A stretch of DNA of 32,000 nucleotides from Nitrosomonas europaea (GCF_900167395.1 NZ_FUWK01000004.1:103435-135434), one strand, 5' to 3'; positions 12,591 to 21,761 are shown, numbered from the stretch's first letter. Translations and numbers: made by a program. Notes: a model not told the origin generated them from the letters alone.

Positions 12591-13070
12591 TTACTTGCTT
12601 ACGATGACCTTTTCTTTCTGGGTGCTGAGCGTGCCCTGTTCGATGATGGCGACTGTCAGCCTGGAAACGGCGATACGCTTACCGGTTTCTTCTTCGGTAA
12701 TATCCGTCTGCCAGACCTGGGTGCGTCTGCCGACGTGCAGTGGCGTACATACTCCGATGACATTGCCTTGCGTTACTGCCCGGATATGGTTGGCATTGAT
12801 TTCGATACCAACAGCCCGATACTGCTCGGGATCGATCGTCATCCAGGCAGAGACGCTGCCCAGTGTTTCAGACAGCACGCAACTGGCTCCTCCGTGCAGG
12901 ATGCCAAAAGGCTGGGTGGTACGATGATCGACCGGCATGCTTGCCTTGAGAAAATCAGGGCCGACTTCCAGAAAGCGAATACCGATATATACACCCATAT
13001 TGGCATTGCGCAGCCCTTCCAGATAATCGAGAGTATAGTTTTTAAACCAGGTTGCTTGATTGGGATTCAT
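12591..13070 (-). CDS. Hotdog-fold acyl-CoA thioesterase (PaaI/YbdB/MenI-like)
   Basis: The 159-aa product has the PFGILHGGASCVLSETLGS motif typical of PaaI-type thioesterases. A GGAGA RBS precedes the ATG. Confidence 0.8.
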   Translation of the reverse strand: MNPNQATWFKNYTLDYLEGLRNANMGVYIGIRFLEVGPDFLKASMPVDHRTTQPFGILHGGASCVLSETLGSVSAWMTIDPEQYRAVGIEINANHIRAVTQGNVIGVCTPLHVGRRTQVWQTDITEEETGKRIAVSRLTVAIIEQGTLSTQKEKVIVSK

Positions 13071-13097
13071 ATTGGTCTCCGCGTACTTGACATATGC

Positions 13098-14276
13098 TCA
13101 GGAAAGCGCAGTGGAATGATCTGGAACCAGTATCGGGGTATTCTGCAAATTTCTTCGTTTTTCCACCGCTTCCGCCAGCTCGAACAGCACCTGCTGTGTC
13201 GTATCGAAATCGATACAGCCATCCGTGATGCTTTGCCCGTAAACCAGCTCTTCCCGCCGCTTACCTTCAACATTCTGCCTGCCGGCCACCAGGTGACTTT
13301 CAAGCATGATCCCGCTGATTGAGCAGTTTCCTTCCGCAATTTGCTGAGCCACATCGGCAGCCACTTCCGGCTGACGCCGGTAATCCTTGTGGCTGTTGGC
13401 GTGACTGCAATCGATCATCAGATAAGGAGGCAGCTTGGCTTTCCGCAGTGCTTCGACCGCAGAAGCAACACTCTCTGCATCGTAATTCGGTGATCTTCCG
13501 CCGCGCAGGATGATATGACAATCTTCATTTCCCCTGGTGGTGAAAGTAGCAACCCGGCCTTCTTTGGTGACTGACAGGAAATTATGCGGGTGGGATGCAG
13601 CACCAATCGCATCGATTGCGATATTCAGATTGCCGTAGGTACCATTCTTGAACCCCACTGGACACGAAACACCGGAGGCCAGTTCACGATGTCCCTGGCT
13701 TTCAGTCGTGCGTGCGCCGATGGCCGCCCAACTGATGAGGTCAGCCACATATTGCGGGCTGATCAGATCAAGAAATTCAGTTGCAGCCGGCATATTTATA
13801 TTACCCAGTTTCAGCAACAGGTCGCGGGCAAGCCGCAATCCCTTGTCAATGTTGAAACTGTTATCCAGGTCTGGGTCGTTGATCAGGCCTTTCCAGCCAA
13901 CTGTTGTGCGAGGTTTCTCGAAATAAACCCGCATGATGATATGTAACTGATCTTTCAGCTCCTGACGCAGATGACTCAGTCGGGAAGCATATTCCACTGC
14001 CGCATCCACATCATGAATCGAGCATGGGCCACATACCACCAGTAACCGGTCATCCTCTCCCCGCAAAATATCGTGGCACTCCTGTCTGGCAGTAACCACA
14101 GTTTCAGTCGCCTGTTCAGTCAGAGGATGATCATGAAGCAGTTTCACCGGCGTGATCAGCTCATCTCCTCTGATAATGCGCCGGTCGTCAGTTTTATGTT
14201 CCACAGATGATTCCTTGATGACTATTTCTTTTTGCACTTCCTTGCCACACTGGCAATACAGACTGCCCGACTTCAT
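13098..14276 (-). CDS. aroG: Class I (AroF/G/H-type) 3-deoxy-7-phosphoheptulonate (DAHP) synthase
   Basis: It aligns along its length to E. coli AroG as recalled (GPCSIHD, RVYFEKPRTTVGWKGLINDP, GARTTESQ.HRELASG, KNGT). The true start is more likely the GTG at 14204, which has an AAGGA RBS, than the ATG at 14276. Feedback specificity is unknown. Confidence 0.9.
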   Translation of the reverse strand: MKSGSLYCQCGKEVQKEIVIKESSVEHKTDDRRIIRGDELITPVKLLHDHPLTEQATETVVTARQECHDILRGEDDRLLVVCGPCSIHDVDAAVEYASRLSHLRQELKDQLHIIMRVYFEKPRTTVGWKGLINDPDLDNSFNIDKGLRLARDLLLKLGNINMPAATEFLDLISPQYVADLISWAAIGARTTESQGHRELASGVSCPVGFKNGTYGNLNIAIDAIGAASHPHNFLSVTKEGRVATFTTRGNEDCHIILRGGRSPNYDAESVASAVEALRKAKLPPYLMIDCSHANSHKDYRRQPEVAADVAQQIAEGNCSISGIMLESHLVAGRQNVEGKRREELVYGQSITDGCIDFDTTQQVLFELAEAVEKRRNLQNTPILVPDHSTALS

Positions 14277-14338
14277 GTTGTGTGACCCGGTTCTGTTTTT
14301 AGCGGCAGTATTTTACTGCGATGTTCCGGCAGCTGCCA

Positions 14339-15997
14339 TCATTCTTGCAATGAAGCCAGATGGCTGGCCACGTCTTCCTTGCTGAAACCAATGGCGCTTG
14401 CAATACGATCAGCATGGCTGATACGGGAAATCCCGGGTATCAGCCGGTGAGACGGTTTCTCAGAAACGAACTCGACCTGCAGATAGTTGCCTATGTTTTC
14501 CTGCTGCAAACGTTCACACAATTCATGGTTATGGGTCACCAGGATGGTAGTTGCACCCAGCTGATGAAATCCTTTCAGCACATATTCCGACAATGTCATT
14601 TTCTCTTCGAATGTGGTGCCTTCTGCCAGTTCATCAAGTACCACCAGCGAGCGAGGGGTGGAGTTGAAGAAAATTTCACGGGTTTGTTTCAATTCGTGTG
14701 CAAAACGTCCCATCCCTTCTTCCAATTGGCCGGGATCGGGTATCTGATAAAAAATATGCTCGGCAGGCACGGCTCGTGCCTGGACAGCAGGCACGTAGGC
14801 TCCAGCTTGTGCCAGTAACTGGATCTGGACGACCGTCTTGCAGTAGGCCGTCTTTCCGCCACTGTTCGGCCCTGTCACGATCAGCAGATGCTTGTCATTA
14901 TCCAGCACGATATCGTTGGATACATAATCCGGGCGAGTTCTCACCAGCAAGGGATTCCTGGCACCGGATACGACCAGCGTATGTCGTCCATCCATATCAA
15001 TCTCCGGCAGGACGGATTCCCCGGGAATCGAACGTGCATGGCGGTGTAACGCCAGCAACTCATCGATCATCCCCATGGCTTCAATGGTTCTGGCCAACTC
15101 CGGGCTTTGTCGGAACAGCCTCTGCAGCGGGTATATCACCGAATCCCGATCCGAAGCGCTGATGGCCTGCAGAATGATGGGAATGATCGGTACGACCAGA
15201 ATCAGCAGCCCGTAACCGACATAGCTGGCTACCAGTTCATTCAGCGTGTTCTGAAAGAAAAGCAGCAGGCCAGCCACGAAAGCCAGAAAAAAGCTGATAA
15301 ACGGCCACTTGAACATGGAAGGGCGAAAACGCTGAATAAGCAGATACCGTGGCTTTTCCTCCCGGGTCATGAATTTTCCTTGCGATACATAGATAGGCCC
15401 ATGCATCAGGGCATAAGTACGTGACCGGGCAAAATCCCGCAGAGTCTGTACCAGTGTCCGCAGGTAATCACTCTCAGGCATGGGTAATGCTTCCGCCTCT
15501 TCGACCAGATCGACGACGAAACCGGTCCCATCGATGAACTGACGATAACCATAGCCGCCGAATTCCAGCTTGTCTTTACCGGTTTTATCTCGGGGATCAT
15601 CCGTCGTCAGCCCTCCCGCAAATTCACCGTACAGCAGGTGATGCAGCGATGCCTCATCTATCGCTATCCGTTTGATGTATTGTTCGAGCACTTTCAACAG
15701 ATCCGGATTGGATTCCAGTTCACGCAGCGCTTCCTGTTTACTTTGCAGCAACGCGGCATCCGTCACGGGGCGGGCGAGCGAACGGTAGAGTATGGATTGG
15801 CCTGTCAGGGTTTGTGCCTGGTTGATCTCATCGAACAAAGCATCGACTTCCACGGCGGCAAAAGTCTTGGCGTCCAGCACGCCGTAATTATCCGCAGTCG
15901 GTCTGGTATCGCGTATTCCGGAAGGATTCTTGCCGGATGACAAAATGAAACTTTCGCGCCAGACAGAAGCCGCGGTATCTTGTGTTGTATCATTCAT
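14339..15997 (-). CDS. MutS-related ATPase (domain III/V only) with two predicted internal transmembrane helices and no mismatch-binding domain
   Basis: It has Walker A GPNSGGKT, Walker B LVVLDELAEGT and THNHEL, the MutS domain V signature. Hydrophobic segments are WPFISFFLAFVAGLLLFF and YVGYGLLILVVPIIPIILQAI. I chose the ATG at 15997 (MNDTTQ...). The 75-aa upstream extension to 16222 is Cys/His-rich and looks non-coding. Confidence 0.75.
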   Translation of the reverse strand: MNDTTQDTAASVWRESFILSSGKNPSGIRDTRPTADNYGVLDAKTFAAVEVDALFDEINQAQTLTGQSILYRSLARPVTDAALLQSKQEALRELESNPDLLKVLEQYIKRIAIDEASLHHLLYGEFAGGLTTDDPRDKTGKDKLEFGGYGYRQFIDGTGFVVDLVEEAEALPMPESDYLRTLVQTLRDFARSRTYALMHGPIYVSQGKFMTREEKPRYLLIQRFRPSMFKWPFISFFLAFVAGLLLFFQNTLNELVASYVGYGLLILVVPIIPIILQAISASDRDSVIYPLQRLFRQSPELARTIEAMGMIDELLALHRHARSIPGESVLPEIDMDGRHTLVVSGARNPLLVRTRPDYVSNDIVLDNDKHLLIVTGPNSGGKTAYCKTVVQIQLLAQAGAYVPAVQARAVPAEHIFYQIPDPGQLEEGMGRFAHELKQTREIFFNSTPRSLVVLDELAEGTTFEEKMTLSEYVLKGFHQLGATTILVTHNHELCERLQQENIGNYLQVEFVSEKPSHRLIPGISRISHADRIASAIGFSKEDVASHLASLQE

Positions 15998-16291
15998 GGT
16001 TCGGGTTGTAATGACATGCGTTGACTCAGTGTTTCCAACTTTAGCCGATTTTGCCACTTTATGCTGGATTGATGACAATAGAAACCATGATCGGGCTTTT
16101 TGGAATCTCTGATCGAGTCCTCCATGAGCCGCATGGCAGGCAAAATCGTGATGGTCACAAGAAGCGCGACGAAAGTCGCAGTTTTCTACGATGCAGAGGA
16201 GCACGACACAGCGTGCGGCCATGCGGGATTTAATCAGCGACTCCTTAATCCAATACAGGTAACAGATCTTTCAGATTGCAGCTTTACCGCG

Positions 16292-16855
16292 ATGCGTAAA
16301 TTATTTAAAAAATACCTGCCCTCCCATGAAAGCATCCGGCAAAACCGTTTTGTAAATTTTTTCGGCACGCTGCTGTATCATCACAACCTTTGGCATTTAC
16401 ACCGCCGCTCTGTTGCCGGAGGTGTGGCGGCAGGTCTGTTCGCCGGCCTGATTCCGGGCAGCAACCCGGTACAATTCTTTTTCGCCACCCTGTTTTCCGT
16501 GATATTCAAAGTCAATCTGCCCATCGCCGCTTTCGTGACGCTTTACTCCAACCCTTTTACTATCGTGCCACTTTATCTGGCGGCCTATACGCTGGGTGGC
16601 TGGGTGACGGGCGGTACGAGAAATTCAGGCAGTCTCCCCCCGCTGGAGCTAGGTCTGCTGGATAAAAATCTGTCGGAATGGATTCCCGTTCTGACGGATT
16701 ATCTGGTTACATTCGGGAAACCGCTGATAACCGGATTGTTTCTGCTCGCTTCTCTGCTATCCATCACCGGTTATTTCACAGTACGGATTCTCTGGCGCTA
16801 TTACGTCGTACATGCATGGCACAAACGGGCCAAACGCCACCACCCCGATAAATAA
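16292..16855 (+). CDS. DUF2062-family membrane protein
   Basis: MRKLFKKYLP...HRRSVAGGVAAGLFAGLIPG plus several hydrophobic helices match my recollection of DUF2062. The ORF-track start at 16100 is an upstream extension. Confidence 0.75.
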   Translation: MRKLFKKYLPSHESIRQNRFVNFFGTLLYHHNLWHLHRRSVAGGVAAGLFAGLIPGSNPVQFFFATLFSVIFKVNLPIAAFVTLYSNPFTIVPLYLAAYTLGGWVTGGTRNSGSLPPLELGLLDKNLSEWIPVLTDYLVTFGKPLITGLFLLASLLSITGYFTVRILWRYYVVHAWHKRAKRHHPDK

Positions 16856-16875
16856 TTTTTTGTTTTTTCACCCTC

Positions 16876-18030
16876 ATGCCCAAATCACGACGGCTACTTC
16901 GCATAGCAGGCATTGCACTGGTGATTGCTGCAACAGGCTCTACCACCTGGTATCTGACTCGAAGCGCCCCTCAGGAAGTCGAACTGGTCACCGTCAGTCG
17001 CGGTACCGTCGAAGCCACCGTGGTCAATACCCGCGCCGGTACCATCAAAGCATGCCGACGTGCCAAATTATCGCCGGCAGCCGGCGGCCAGGTCATCCAC
17101 CTGCAAATCAGGGAAGGCGATCGGGTCAAAGAAGGCCAGATTCTGCTCGAATTGTGGAATGCCGATTTGCAGGCACAGTACGATCTCTCCCGGCAGCAGC
17201 TTGCCACTGCTGAAAGCCGGCAGCGTGAAACCTGTATTCTGGCCGGGAATGCACAGCGTGAATCTGTTCGCACTCAGCAGCTGGTAGAAAAAGGATTCGT
17301 CAGCTCACAACGTGCCGATGAGGCTGATGCCACGGCCAAAGCTCAGCAGGCCGCCTGCACTGCCGCAGCAGCCGAAGTCAAACGGGCTCATGCACAGATT
17401 GCCGTCAGCCAGGCCAATCTCGAACGCACCCGGCTCATTGCACCCTTTTCCGGCGTCGTTGCGCAGATTACCGGGGAACTGGGTGAATACGTTACCCCTT
17501 CTCCTCCGGGAATTCCCACTCCTCCGGCAGTCGATCTGATCGATGATTCCTGTTTGTATGTGAGTGCCCCGATGGATGAAGTCGATGCTCCTAAAATCCG
17601 CATAGGACAAACTGCACGTATTACGCTGGATGCCCTACCCGACCAGGTTTTTGACGGAAAAATACGCCGGATTGCTCCCTATGTGACTGAAATCGAGAAA
17701 CAGGCACGCACGGTGGATGTGGAAGCAGAATTTGTCAATCCCACTCAGGCTGTTCTGCTGGTAGGCTATAGCGCTGATATCGAAGCCATCATCGATCAGC
17801 GTGAAAACGTGCTGCGTATTCCCACCCAGGTCATCCGTCAGGACAACAAAGTATGGGTGCTGGGCCAGGATGACACGCTCGAGGAACGCACTTTGAAAAC
17901 AGGGTTGGCCAATTGGGCCTATTCCGAAGTGCTCGAAGGACTGTCAGAAGGAGATCAGGTGCTGCTGTCCAGCGATAATGGAAAAATCACAGCCGGCACC
18001 CGCGTCATTCCCAAACCACCGCAGCCATGA
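16876..18030 (+). CDS. HlyD/MacA-family periplasmic adaptor of an ABC efflux system
   Basis: It has an N-terminal membrane anchor, a coiled-coil hairpin (LQAQYDL...AKAQQAA...AQIAVSQANLERT), and lipoyl and beta-barrel regions. Its stop overlaps the next start (ATGA). Confidence 0.9.
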   Translation: MPKSRRLLRIAGIALVIAATGSTTWYLTRSAPQEVELVTVSRGTVEATVVNTRAGTIKACRRAKLSPAAGGQVIHLQIREGDRVKEGQILLELWNADLQAQYDLSRQQLATAESRQRETCILAGNAQRESVRTQQLVEKGFVSSQRADEADATAKAQQAACTAAAAEVKRAHAQIAVSQANLERTRLIAPFSGVVAQITGELGEYVTPSPPGIPTPPAVDLIDDSCLYVSAPMDEVDAPKIRIGQTARITLDALPDQVFDGKIRRIAPYVTEIEKQARTVDVEAEFVNPTQAVLLVGYSADIEAIIDQRENVLRIPTQVIRQDNKVWVLGQDDTLEERTLKTGLANWAYSEVLEGLSEGDQVLLSSDNGKITAGTRVIPKPPQP

Positions 18031-18698
18031 TACAGCTCTCCGGCATCACCCGTATTTTCCACATGGGTGATCAGGCCATCCATGCGCTCGATCATATCGA
18101 CCTGACGATCGAATCTGGCGAATACGTTTCCATCATGGGGCCTTCCGGATCAGGTAAATCAACCTTACTGAATGTCATCGGACTGCTGGACCGGCCTGAC
18201 AGCGGGCATTATCTGCTCGACGGCAGGAATGTCACTGATCTGTCGGAAACCGAACAGGCACAGGTACGCAGGGAGAAAATCGGTTTCGTTTTTCAATCCT
18301 TTCATCTGATCCCCCGGCTGACCGCAGCAGAAAACATCGAGCTCCCCCTGATACTGACCGGCATGCCGCCTGCAGATCGCAAGATACGTATCATGGAAAC
18401 CCTGCAGGCATTCAATCTGAGTGATCGCGCACATCATCGTCCGGCTGAACTGTCCGGCGGGCAACGCCAGCGCGTCGCCATTGCACGGGCCACCATTCTG
18501 CGTCCCACTGCGCTGCTGGCGGATGAACCGACCGGTAACCTGGATCATCGTATCGGCTCGGAAGTCGCGGCATTACTGGAAGCATTGAATCAGACGGGAA
18601 CCACTCTCATCGTGGTGACGCATGACCGGGAGTTGGGATCGCGTGCCCGGCGCCGGATTGCCATGCGGGATGGACAGATCGACGTCGACGAACGATGA
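18027..18698 (+). CDS. ABC transporter ATP-binding protein (MacB/LolD type)
   Basis: It has Walker A GPSGSGKST, the LSGGQRQRVAIARA signature, Walker B LLADEPTGNLD and the H-loop VVTHD. Confidence 0.95.
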   Translation: MIQLSGITRIFHMGDQAIHALDHIDLTIESGEYVSIMGPSGSGKSTLLNVIGLLDRPDSGHYLLDGRNVTDLSETEQAQVRREKIGFVFQSFHLIPRLTAAENIELPLILTGMPPADRKIRIMETLQAFNLSDRAHHRPAELSGGQRQRVAIARATILRPTALLADEPTGNLDHRIGSEVAALLEALNQTGTTLIVVTHDRELGSRARRRIAMRDGQIDVDER

Positions 18699-19897
18699 AA
18701 TTACGGGATCTCCTGCATTTTTCTCTCAGAACCATCACCAGCTATCCTGCCCGCTCGTTCCTGATCATGCTGGCCATGGCGCTGGGTGTGGCTGCAGTCA
18801 TCATTCTGACTGCACTGGGTGATGGCGCACGCCAGTATGTCGTCAACGAATTTTCTTCGATCGGCACCAATCTGATCATTGTCCTGCCCGGTCGCGCCGA
18901 AACGGCAGGCAGCTTTCCCGGTGCGGTCATGGGGCAGACCCCGAGAGATCTGACATTGGAGGATGCTCATTGGGTGGGAAGACTGCCGCAAGTCAGACGT
19001 TATGCTCCTCTGAATGTCGGCGTGGCCGAGCTTTCCGCCACAGGCAAATTGCGTGAGGTTACCCTGATGGGAACCACGGCTGAAATTTTTCCGATTCGCC
19101 ACATGAAACTCGCACAGGGAAGATTTCTTTCACACTCGGGTGAAAACAGTGCACAAATCGTGCTGGGTGCAAAGATTGCACAGGAATTCTTCCCGGATGG
19201 CAATGCACTGGGGCAGCGTGTCCGCCTGGGTGACCGGCGTTTTCTGGTCACCGGAATCATGGCCGTTCAAGGTGAATCCATGGGGTTCAATTCGGATGAA
19301 CTGGTCATTATCCCGATCCAGCATGCCCAGACGCTGCTCAATACCACTTCGCTGTTCCGGCTGCTGATCGAAACCCGTCATCACAACGAGATCGAAAATG
19401 CCAAAGAGGCCATTCATCAAGCCCTCATCCGCCGTCACGACGGTGAAGATGATGTGACCGTGATCGCCCATGATGCCGTGCTGGCTACGTTTGATCGCAT
19501 CCTGCGCGCACTGACACTGGGGGTTGCCGGAATTGCCGTCATCAGCCTCGCCGTTGCCGGCATTCTGGTCATGAATGTCATGCTGGTTTCAGTCAGTCAG
19601 CGCACAGCGGAAATTGGTCTGCTCAAGGCAATCGGTACCCCGGCGTCAGCCATTCGTCATATTTTTATGGCCGAGGCAGTCTGGTTATCGGTCACGGGTG
19701 CATTCGCCGGATTCGTTCTGGGGCAGGCGGGAAGCTGGCTGTTGCGCCTGGCCTACCCGCTGCTGCCCGCCTGGCCACCACTCTGGGCCAATTTTGCCGG
19801 GATTGCCGTCGCCGTATTGGCTGGTGTTCTTGCCGGATTATTACCGGCGATCCGTGCAGCAAAGCTGGATCCGGTCATGGCACTCAGTAAACGGTAG
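18695..19897 (+). CDS. ABC transporter permease, FtsX/MacB-type with a periplasmic domain (paralog 1)
   Basis: The 400-aa product has an N-terminal TM helix, a large periplasmic domain, and three C-terminal TM helices with the FtsX-type motif (QRTAEIGLLKAIG). Its ATG overlaps the ATPase stop. Confidence 0.9.
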   Translation: MKLRDLLHFSLRTITSYPARSFLIMLAMALGVAAVIILTALGDGARQYVVNEFSSIGTNLIIVLPGRAETAGSFPGAVMGQTPRDLTLEDAHWVGRLPQVRRYAPLNVGVAELSATGKLREVTLMGTTAEIFPIRHMKLAQGRFLSHSGENSAQIVLGAKIAQEFFPDGNALGQRVRLGDRRFLVTGIMAVQGESMGFNSDELVIIPIQHAQTLLNTTSLFRLLIETRHHNEIENAKEAIHQALIRRHDGEDDVTVIAHDAVLATFDRILRALTLGVAGIAVISLAVAGILVMNVMLVSVSQRTAEIGLLKAIGTPASAIRHIFMAEAVWLSVTGAFAGFVLGQAGSWLLRLAYPLLPAWPPLWANFAGIAVAVLAGVLAGLLPAIRAAKLDPVMALSKR

Positions 19898-19905
19898 ATT
19901 TTGCG

Positions 19906-21105
19906 ATGAGCTTCCTCGATGCACTGCGATTTGCACTGCGAGCGCTGACCGCTCACCGGATGCGTACGTTTCTGTCCGCATCCGGTATCGCCATCGGGAT
20001 TGCTGCCGTGATTCTGCTGACTTCGATCGGTTCAGGCATCCAGCATTTCGTTTTATCCGAATTCACTCAATTCGGAACCAATATTCTGAACATCACTCCT
20101 GGCAAAATTCGCACGCGCGGTGCTTCGACCGGCTCGATCGGCAGTGTGCGCCTGCTGACGATCGAAGATTCACTTGCTCTTAAATCATCCCGTCATGCGA
20201 TTTATACCAATGCAACCGTGACGGGTAACGCCGAAGTACGCGGTGGCGGCCGCAGCCGGCGTGTCACTGTGTATGGTCAGGGGCCGGATTTCGACCGGGC
20301 ATTCAACATGCATACCGCCATCGGGCAGTTCCTGCCAGCGGATGATCCGCGCAATCCACGCGCGTTTGCCGTGCTCGGTGCAAAAGTACACAAGGAACTG
20401 TTTGGTGATGCCAATCCGCTGGGTTCAGTGCTGCAGGTAGGTGGTTCACGTTTCCGCATCATCGGTGTCATGGCATCGAAAGGCCAGGTGCTGGGGTTTG
20501 ATCTGGATGATACGGTCTATATTCCCACTGCCCGGGCGCTGGAGATTTTCAACCGGGAAGGCGTGATGGAAGTGCAGGTGGTCTATCCACCGACTACACC
20601 ACTGGATGAAGTCATGGAAGATATCAAACGCATCATGGTCGAACGGCACGGGCGCGAGGATTTCACGATCACACCGCAGCAGCAGATGCTCAGCACGCTG
20701 TCTACCGTACTCGATGTGCTGACTTTCGCCGTCGCGGTGCTCGGAGGTATTTCACTACTGGTCGGTGCAGTGGGAATGATTACGCTGATGCATATTACAG
20801 TCAATGAACGAATGGCCGAGATCGGTCTGCTCAACGCACTGGGCGCAACTCCTATGCGCATCCGTATCCTGTTTCTGCTGGAATCGACGGCACTCTCGAC
20901 GCTGGGCGGTATGATCGGGTTGATGACAGGCTCGGGTATTGCGGGGCTGCTGAGCGTGTTATTCAGCGATTTACCTGTCAATATCCCGTGGCGCTATGTT
21001 CTGGCAGCGTTGATTCTGTCAGGTGTGATCGGGCTGGGAGCTGGTGTGGTTCCCGCCATGCGTGCAGCCCGACTCAACCCGGTAGATGCTTTACGCGCAG
21101 AATAA
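19906..21105 (+). CDS. ABC transporter permease, FtsX/MacB-type (paralog 2)
   Basis: The 399-aa product has the same architecture (ERMAEIGLLNALG), and its sequence is clearly diverged from paralog 1. Confidence 0.9.
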   Translation: MSFLDALRFALRALTAHRMRTFLSASGIAIGIAAVILLTSIGSGIQHFVLSEFTQFGTNILNITPGKIRTRGASTGSIGSVRLLTIEDSLALKSSRHAIYTNATVTGNAEVRGGGRSRRVTVYGQGPDFDRAFNMHTAIGQFLPADDPRNPRAFAVLGAKVHKELFGDANPLGSVLQVGGSRFRIIGVMASKGQVLGFDLDDTVYIPTARALEIFNREGVMEVQVVYPPTTPLDEVMEDIKRIMVERHGREDFTITPQQQMLSTLSTVLDVLTFAVAVLGGISLLVGAVGMITLMHITVNERMAEIGLLNALGATPMRIRILFLLESTALSTLGGMIGLMTGSGIAGLLSVLFSDLPVNIPWRYVLAALILSGVIGLGAGVVPAMRAARLNPVDALRAE

Positions 21106-21127
21106 CAACACTGATCCGGCTGTTTCT

Positions 21128-21652
21128 TCAGTGCGCTTTTACGTAATCCACCAGCTTCTGAAAGGAAAAGAGGTTGTCCTGCTTCTGCAGCGGATTATGA
21201 CATTGCGCACAAGTCAGATCGTTATCCTTGGCCTTGCCTTCCGGATCATATAACGCAAATCCCCAGTTACCGGAACGATCATCCGCTTTAAAGGCACTGC
21301 CCCAGTCATTTCTTTTTTCCATGACGGCAATGGCAGCCAGTTTATCGATGACAAACAACCCATCTTCACCGGACTGGATTTTGCCCTCGGCATCTTTTTT
21401 CGGTGCATAGATTTCCATGATTACGATCGAACCGGGAGCAGCTTCCTCACCTTTTTTGTAGCTCTCCGCTGCAATCTCGTTTGCATAGAATTTTGCCAGT
21501 TGTGTCTGATTGGCGCGGTTGGCTGTATCGTAGTGTGTAAAAATCTGTTCATACTTTTCCGGAAATTTGACGAATTCCGGGTTTCCACCCGCATACGCAT
21601 GCAACGACAGTGTCAAACCGACCAGTGCAGATAATCCGAAGCTTGATTTCAT
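21128..21652 (-). CDS. Cytochrome P460-superfamily haem protein, probably c'-beta (Met-type) rather than Lys-cross-linked P460
   Basis: It has a signal peptide and a single C-terminal CAQCH haem motif. It aligns by hand to N. europaea cytochrome P460 as recalled (GNWGFALY vs GNWAFYIF; DNLFSFQKL vs DMVFTQFYPVL). The GGAGAG RBS favours the ATG at 21652 over 21676. Confidence 0.8.
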   Translation of the reverse strand: MKSSFGLSALVGLTLSLHAYAGGNPEFVKFPEKYEQIFTHYDTANRANQTQLAKFYANEIAAESYKKGEEAAPGSIVIMEIYAPKKDAEGKIQSGEDGLFVIDKLAAIAVMEKRNDWGSAFKADDRSGNWGFALYDPEGKAKDNDLTCAQCHNPLQKQDNLFSFQKLVDYVKAH

Positions 21653-21721
21653 TTTCTCTCTCCTTTTGAAAATCACCCGGCAAACGAGCTGCCAGTAAAC
21701 ATGGATTGTTTTATTTTTCGA

Positions 21722-21761
21722 ATGAAAAACAGAATCTGCACGGAAAAAAGCGTGCAGATTC
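21722..21761 (-). terminator. Rho-independent terminator downstream of the TPR gene
   Basis: A perfect 11-bp stem (21732-21742 with 21751-21761) has an 8-nt loop. It is followed on the minus strand by TGTTTTTCATT. Confidence 0.6.

Noticed and set aside
12483-13322. 279-aa plus-strand ORF spanning the hrpA, thioesterase and DAHP synthase region
   Set aside because: It crosses two intergenic gaps and is antisense to three recognisable genes. Its product has no domain signature.
15998-16291. N-terminal extensions in the ORF track for the MutS-like gene (to 16222) and the DUF2062 gene (from 16100)
   Set aside because: The extensions overlap each other on opposite strands and are Cys/His/Arg-rich and not protein-like. 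Internal ATGs at 15997 and 16292 give N-termini typical of the families.
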